Of a stretch of 64,000 nt of DNA, positions 63,090 to 64,000 are shown piece after piece. The notes below the pieces were generated by a model. The model did no database searches. It worked only from the letters and a program-made list of their open reading frames with translations, and had not been told where the DNA came from. This DNA comes from Octopus bimaculoides (Eukaryota). The translations under genes and the position numbers were made by a program. The first letter of the stretch is position 1. Each line of letters begins with the position of its first letter. Location: NCBI RefSeq assembly GCF_001194135.2, contig NC_069004.1:14900048-14964047 (forward strand), read 5' to 3'.

Positions 63090-63606
63090 ATTCAGTCATG
63101 TTACAGTTTACATTCGTTTTTCCATGCTAGCATGGATTGGACATATACATATTACTGCGCCATTGTTTCTCAAAGAGATGCTCTTCCTACTGCTTAACTT
63201 TACATATTTTCCAGGCAATGGATTTTTGTTTTTATCCTACTTGTTTTTCTGAAGCATAATAATAATAATAATAATAAATCAGTTACTAGCTCCCATGGCT
63301 TCTGATCTTAACTGATTGAAAGTGCTATAAAGTACATTGTTTTGTTTTGGTATAAAAGATGAGCTACAGCAAATATTCTGCTCAATACCACATATTTGCT
63401 TGTCAGTTGTTTGACTTTAACTAGTTGAGCATGTCCCTAACTGGGCCCCACCTACAAGGTCATGCACTGTTAATCTTGATATGAGATCACCATGTCATGC
63501 ACATATGGTTGTGATGCATGTACCTGGTATACCCTTAGATGGGTAGTCATGATGGGTATAATGGGCTTCGTATATTTGTACCCCATAACTCTCACTCAAT
63601 AATAAT

Positions 63607-63980
63607 AATACTTTCCACTATAGGCACAAGGCCTAAAGCTTTTGGGGGAGGGGTCTAGTCAATTACAGTGACCCGGAGTGTTCAACTGGTACCTATTTCA
63701 TTAATCTTGAAAGGCTGGAGGGCAAAGCTGACCTCAGGGGAAATTTGAACTCAGAACATAAAGATGGATGAAATGCCATTAAGCATTTTTCCTGGTATGC
63801 TAACGATTCTGTCAGCTCACAACCTTGAACAATGAATAATAATCCCAAAATTTAGTGGGAGGAAGCTAGTCAATTAAATCGACCCCAGTACTCAACTGGT
63901 ACTTATTTAATTGACCCCAGAAAGATGAAAGGCAAAGTCGACCTCAGTAGAATTTGAACTCAGAACATGGACGAAATATA
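63607..63980 (-). mobile_element. Two family B SINE remnants
   Basis: aactggtac.tattt...gaaaggcaaagtcgacctcag..gaatttgaactcagaac. Confidence 0.75.
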
Positions 63981-64000
63981 TATACACACACACATATATA

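Overview
AT-rich, repeat-dense eukaryotic genomic scaffold with many N gaps and microsatellites. The SINE/LINE repertoire points to an octopus or other coleoid cephalopod (inference from recalled repeat families, not from a search). The one host gene I can support is coproporphyrinogen III oxidase (CPOX) on the + strand. It appears as four short exons (22675-22725, 36042-36116, 54500-54624, 62916-62982) that splice in frame via GT-AG introns of about 13.3, 18.4 and 8.3 kb into 106 codons. The upstream exon(s) were not found and the gene continues past the window. The rest is mostly transposon debris: three tRNA-derived SINE families, RTE-type LINE fragments, an R4/Dong-type RLE retrotransposon in (TAA)n, piggyBac, hAT, Helitron and Ty3/gypsy remnants, and hAT and Tc1/mariner MITEs. 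No rRNA, genuine tRNA, CRISPR or prokaryotic system is supported. I found no clearly new biological system. The most interesting signals are a possible splice-site slide in CPOX, an in-frame tandem array built from a LINE ORF2 C-terminus, a minisatellite born inside a SINE, and inverted repeat pairs around CPOX exons. All alignments and identities were judged by eye, and repeat boundaries are approximate.
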